Below, piece by piece: positions 59,962 through 64,000 of a stretch of DNA of 64,000 nucleotides. Source of the stretch: Gammaproteobacteria bacterium (GTDB taxonomy: Bacteria; Pseudomonadota; Gammaproteobacteria; Steroidobacterales; Rariloculaceae); assembly GCA_022820625.1 (NCBI GenBank), contig JAJEFE010000147.1, positions 89,297-153,296 on the forward strand, given 5' to 3'. The position numbers and the translations under genes were made by a program. Within the stretch, counting starts at the first letter, position 1, and each line of letters begins with the position of its first letter. The notes beneath the pieces were generated by a model, which saw nothing but the letters and a program-made list of their open reading frames with translations, was not told where the DNA came from and made no database searches.

Positions 59962-61257
59962 CTATTCCGTTGAGTCGCGCTCGCGGCGGATGGCCCGGTA
60001 GCCGATGTCGCGGCGGTAGTAGACGTCTTTCCAGTCGATGCGGGCCGCTGAGGAGTAGGCTACTTTGGCTGCGCTTGCGACCGTGCTGCCGAGGCCGACG
60101 ACGCACAGGACGCGGCCGCCGCTGGTGACGATGGCGCCGTCGTCTTCGCGGGTGCCGGCGTGGAAGACGAGGGCATCGTCGCCGAAGTCGGTGTCCAGGC
60201 CGGAGATGGGGGCGCCGGTGTCGTAGCTGCCGGGGTAGCCGCCGCTGGCCAGCACCACACCCAGCGCGGCTCGCGGGTCCCATTCGACATCGATCGAGTT
60301 CAGTGAGCCGTCGAATGCGGCCAGGCACAATTCGGTGAGGTCGCTGCGCATGCGGGCCAGGACGGGCTGGGTTTCGGGGTCGCCGAACCGGCAGTTGTAT
60401 TCCAGCACCCTTGGCTTGCCGTGCGGGTCGATCATCAGGCCGGCGTAGAGGAAGCCCCGGTAGGCCATGCCCTCGGCGCTCATCCCGGTGACCGTGGGGA
60501 TCATGATTTCGTCCATGACCCGGCGGTGCATTTCGGGTGTCAGGACGGGCGCCGGAGAATAGGCGCCCATGCCGCCGGTGTTGGGGCCGCGGTCGCCCTC
60601 GTCGCGGGTCTTGTGGTCCTGGGAGCTTGCCAGCGGCACGATGCGGGTATCGTCGACCACGGCGATGAAGCTGACCTCCTCGCCGCGGAGGAACTCCTCC
60701 ACGACGACCGTGGCGCCGGCTTCGCCGAAGGTGCGTTGTTCGAGCATGCCCCGTACCGTGCGTTCCGCCTCGCCGAAGGTCTCGGCAATGGTCACGCCCT
60801 TGCCGGCGGCCAGTCCGTCGGCCTTGATGACGATGGGCGGCGTGCAGGAGCGTATGTAGGCGAGCGCGGCGTCCGGTTCGGTAAAGGTCTCGTACGCAGC
60901 GGTGGGTATGTCGTGGCGGGCCAGGAAGGCCTTGGTGAAGGCTTTCGAGCCCTCCAGGCGAGCGGCAGCGGCCTGCGGCCCGAAGCACTTCAGTCCGGCC
61001 GCCTCGAAACGGTCGACCACGCCGTCCACGAGCGGTTGCTCGGGTCCGACGACGGTCAGGTCGACGTCCTCGGATTGCGCAAGGTCCAGCAATCCGTCCA
61101 GGTCGTCGGCAGCCACGGCGACGTTGCTGGTCCCTGGCTCCATCGCCGTGCCGGCGTTGCCGGGCGCCGCGAGGATTTCCGTGACGCGCGGCGACTGCGC
61201 GAACTTCCAGACCAGGGCGTGTTCCCGCCCGCCGCTGCCTATGACCAGAATCTTCAT
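59962..61257 (-). CDS. purD: Phosphoribosylamine-glycine ligase
   Basis: [38 protein letters not shown]. Confidence 0.97.
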   Translation of the reverse strand: MKILVIGSGGREHALVWKFAQSPRVTEILAAPGNAGTAMEPGTSNVAVAADDLDGLLDLAQSEDVDLTVVGPEQPLVDGVVDRFEAAGLKCFGPQAAAARLEGSKAFTKAFLARHDIPTAAYETFTEPDAALAYIRSCTPPIVIKADGLAAGKGVTIAETFGEAERTVRGMLEQRTFGEAGATVVVEEFLRGEEVSFIAVVDDTRIVPLASSQDHKTRDEGDRGPNTGGMGAYSPAPVLTPEMHRRVMDEIMIPTVTGMSAEGMAYRGFLYAGLMIDPHGKPRVLEYNCRFGDPETQPVLARMRSDLTELCLAAFDGSLNSIDVEWDPRAALGVVLASGGYPGSYDTGAPISGLDTDFGDDALVFHAGTREDDGAIVTSGGRVLCVVGLGSTVASAAKVAYSSAARIDWKDVYYRRDIGYRAIRRERDSTE

Positions 61258-62816
61258 CAGTGGCGAAAGTGGCGCATGCCGGTGAATACCATGGCGATAT
61301 CGTGCTCGTCCGCTGCCTTGATGACTTCTGCGTCGCGAACGGAACCTCCCGGCTGGATCACGCAGGTAATACCGTGTTCGGCGGCGATGTCGATGCCGTC
61401 GCGGAAGGGAAAAAAGGCGTCCGACGCCATGGCTGCGCCGGTCAGTTTCAGGTCCTGGTCGGCGGCCTTCATGGCCGCCACCCGCGCGCTCACCACGCGG
61501 CTCATCTGTCCGGCGCCCACCCCGAGCGTCCGGCCCTCCCGTGCGTAGACGATGGCATTGGACTTCACGTACTTGCAGACGATCCAGGCGAATGCCAGGT
61601 CGTCCATTTCGTCGCTGGACGGCGCGCGCCGGGTGGCGATCTTCAGTTCCACGTCTTCCGGCATCCCCGGATCCCGCTCCTGCACCAGCAGGCCACCCGC
61701 GACACTCCTCAGATCCCAGCCGCTGGAACGGTCGACGGGCACGCATGCGGCCTCCAGCAGACGAACGTTTTTTTTCGCTGCCAGGGCGTCCCGGGCGGCG
61801 GGCAGGACGCTCGGTGCAACCACCACGTCAACCAGTTGCCGGGTGACGATTTCCCGCGCCGTTTCGGCGTCCAATGGCCGGTTGAAGGCGATGATGCCGC
61901 CGAAGGCGGAGGTGGGATCGGTCTCGTAGGCCAGTTCGTACGCCGCTTTCGGCGTGGCGGCGATGGCGCCGCCGCAGGGGTTGGCGTGCTTGACGATCAC
62001 GCAGGCGCAATCCTGGAAGGCGCCAACGCACTGTATCGCCGTATCGGCATCCGCCAGGTTGTTGAAGCTGAGCGCCTTGCCCTGTAGCTGGTTTGCGGCG
62101 GCGATGCCGGTACCCTCGGCGGCCGCCAGCCGATAGTACGCGGCCCGCTGATGCGGATTTTCGCCATAGCGCAGCTCGCCCGTCTTGGTTCCCGCCAGCA
62201 CCAGGGTGTCGGGGAACGAGTCCGTGAGATCGTCGCGCAGATAGTTGCTGATCAGGGCGTCGTAGCGGGCGGTGTGGGTGAACGCCTTTGCAGCCAGTTC
62301 CCGCCTGAGATCGGCCGTTGCATCGTCATTGCGAATTGCCGCCAGTACTCGCGAATAGTCGGCTGGATCGCAGACCACCGTGAGTCGGGCATGGTTCTTC
62401 GCTGCGGCGCGCAGCATGGCCGGACCGCCCACATCGATCTGCTCCACCGCGCTTTCCTCGGTGCAATCCGGATCCAGGATGGTGGCTTCGAAAGGGTAGA
62501 GATTGACGGCCAGGAGATCGATCCAGTGGATGCCGTGTGCTTCGGTGGCGGTCTCGTCCACTCCGCGGCGCGCCAGCAACCCGCCGTGTATGGCCGGGTG
62601 AAGCGTCTTGACGCGGCCGTCCATCATTTCGGGGAAGCCGGTGAGTTCGGAAACGTCCAGTACTTCCAGTCCCGCCTCGCGCAGCGCGCGGGCCGTGCCT
62701 CCGGTGGAAACCAGCTCGAATCCGAGGGCGGCCAGACCCCCGGCGAAGTCGGCAACGCCGGCCTTGTCCGAGACGCTGATAAGGGCGCGGCGGGGCCGCG
62801 TCGGGCGGCCGTTCAT
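61257..62816 (-). CDS. purH: Bifunctional AICAR transformylase/IMP cyclohydrolase
   Basis: [37 protein letters not shown]. Confidence 0.97.
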   Translation of the reverse strand: MNGRPTRPRRALISVSDKAGVADFAGGLAALGFELVSTGGTARALREAGLEVLDVSELTGFPEMMDGRVKTLHPAIHGGLLARRGVDETATEAHGIHWIDLLAVNLYPFEATILDPDCTEESAVEQIDVGGPAMLRAAAKNHARLTVVCDPADYSRVLAAIRNDDATADLRRELAAKAFTHTARYDALISNYLRDDLTDSFPDTLVLAGTKTGELRYGENPHQRAAYYRLAAAEGTGIAAANQLQGKALSFNNLADADTAIQCVGAFQDCACVIVKHANPCGGAIAATPKAAYELAYETDPTSAFGGIIAFNRPLDAETAREIVTRQLVDVVVAPSVLPAARDALAAKKNVRLLEAACVPVDRSSGWDLRSVAGGLLVQERDPGMPEDVELKIATRRAPSSDEMDDLAFAWIVCKYVKSNAIVYAREGRTLGVGAGQMSRVVSARVAAMKAADQDLKLTGAAMASDAFFPFRDGIDIAAEHGITCVIQPGGSVRDAEVIKAADEHDIAMVFTGMRHFRH

Positions 62817-63133
62817 TCCTCCAGCAGATCGTAAAGCTTCAGCTTCTTGCGCAACGTACCGCGATTGATGCCAAGGATTTTCGCCGCCTGGCTCTTGTTG
62901 CCGCCGGCGTAGTCCATGGCGTTCTTCAGCAGCGGCCGCTCGACCTCGCCGATCACCAGTTGATAGAGGTTGGCGGGGTCGTGACCGTTCAGGCTCTTGA
63001 GGTATCGCTTGAGCGCCTTGTCCGTGATTTCGCTGAGCGGCTTGTTACTGAGTTTCCCCTTGATGGCCGATTTTGATCGCTTGCCTATTGTTCTTCTCGC
63101 TGGCTCTGGCTTTCGGGCGTCCGGCACTCCCAC
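62813..63133 (-). CDS. fis: Fis family DNA-binding protein
   Basis: [35 protein letters not shown]; start uncertain. Confidence 0.88.
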   Translation of the reverse strand: MGVPDARKPEPARRTIGKRSKSAIKGKLSNKPLSEITDKALKRYLKSLNGHDPANLYQLVIGEVERPLLKNAMDYAGGNKSQAAKILGINRGTLRKKLKLYDLLEE

Positions 63134-63295
63134 GGACGCTTCGGAATGCAGTGAATCTGACGGATGATCGGGTACGAAAACGAGAGCGAATCATATCACG
63201 GTCAACGGTCAAGGGAAGAGATCGCCACGCCTCGGATGAGCGGACCGAAAATCGTTTCAGGGGACGGTTCTGCGGCGTTCCCGCGGGCTGCGCCG

Positions 63296-64000
63296 CTACT
63301 TCAGCCCGAGCCTTTTTTCCAGGTAGTTGATGTCGGTGCCGCCGGCCTTGAACGCCGCGTGCTGGCAGATTTCCTGGTGCAGCGGAACGTTGGTCCGGAT
63401 ACCCTCCACCACGATCTCGCTCAACGCAGTGCCCATCCTCGCGATGGCCGCGGCCCGGCTGTCCCCGTGCGCGATCACCTTGGCGATGAGGGAGTCGTAG
63501 TAGGGCGGTACGGCATAGCCGCTGTAAAGGTGGCTGTCTACGCGGATACCGGGACCGCCGGGGGCGTGCCAAAGATTCACCGTGCCCGGTGAGGGCATGA
63601 AAGATTTTGGATCTTCGGCGTTGATGCGGCATTCGATGGCGTGCCCGGACCAGCGAATGTCTTCCTGGCGTATATCGAGCGGTTCGCCGGCGGCAACCCG
63701 CAGTTGGGCCTTGACGATATCGATCCCGGTGATCATTTCGGTCACCGGGTGCTCTACCTGGACCCGGGTGTTCATTTCGATGAAGAAGAACTCGCCGTCC
63801 TGGTACAGGAATTCGAACGTGCCCGCACCCCGATACCCGATCTCCCGGCAGGCCCGGGCGCAACGCTCGCCCATGCGTTCGCGCGTCTGTTGCGAAATAC
63901 CCGGTGCGGGCGCTTCTTCCACGACCTTCTGGTTGCGCCGCTGCATCGAGCAGTCTCGTTCACCGAGATGAATCGCGTTGCCATGGTGGTCGGCGAGCAC
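63296..64000 (-). CDS. accC: Biotin carboxylase (3' part; 5' end outside the window)
   Basis: [48 protein letters not shown]. Confidence 0.95.
   Translation of the reverse strand: MLADHHGNAIHLGERDCSMQRRNQKVVEEAPAPGISQQTRERMGERCARACREIGYRGAGTFEFLYQDGEFFFIEMNTRVQVEHPVTEMITGIDIVKAQLRVAAGEPLDIRQEDIRWSGHAIECRINAEDPKSFMPSPGTVNLWHAPGGPGIRVDSHLYSGYAVPPYYDSLIAKVIAHGDSRAAAIARMGTALSEIVVEGIRTNVPLHQEICQHAAFKAGGTDINYLEKRLGLK

Overview
GC-rich, probably gammaproteobacterial chromosome window (rhlB-trxA-rho, purD-purH-fis, sohB, bfd/bfr, moxR-bat operon). About 32-64 kb is ordinary housekeeping DNA. About 2-32 kb is accessory DNA with several toxin-antitoxin modules and decayed genes, six genes built from a secreted DUF6152-type/two-cysteine domain pair, and a subclass B3 metallo-beta-lactamase. 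The most notable feature is two paralogous secreted proteins with a c-type cytochrome fused to a His-rich beta-propeller. The second copy heads an operon with an SCO copper chaperone, a CcdA-like membrane thiol-reductase fusion and a beta-propeller ending in Cys-His, which suggests an uncharacterised periplasmic heme c/copper redox enzyme with its own maturation genes. No rRNA, tRNA, CRISPR array or intact transposase/integrase was seen. Family names come from motif recognition by eye, not database searches. Many start codons were moved from the ORF track to the nearest RBS- or signal-peptide-supported start.
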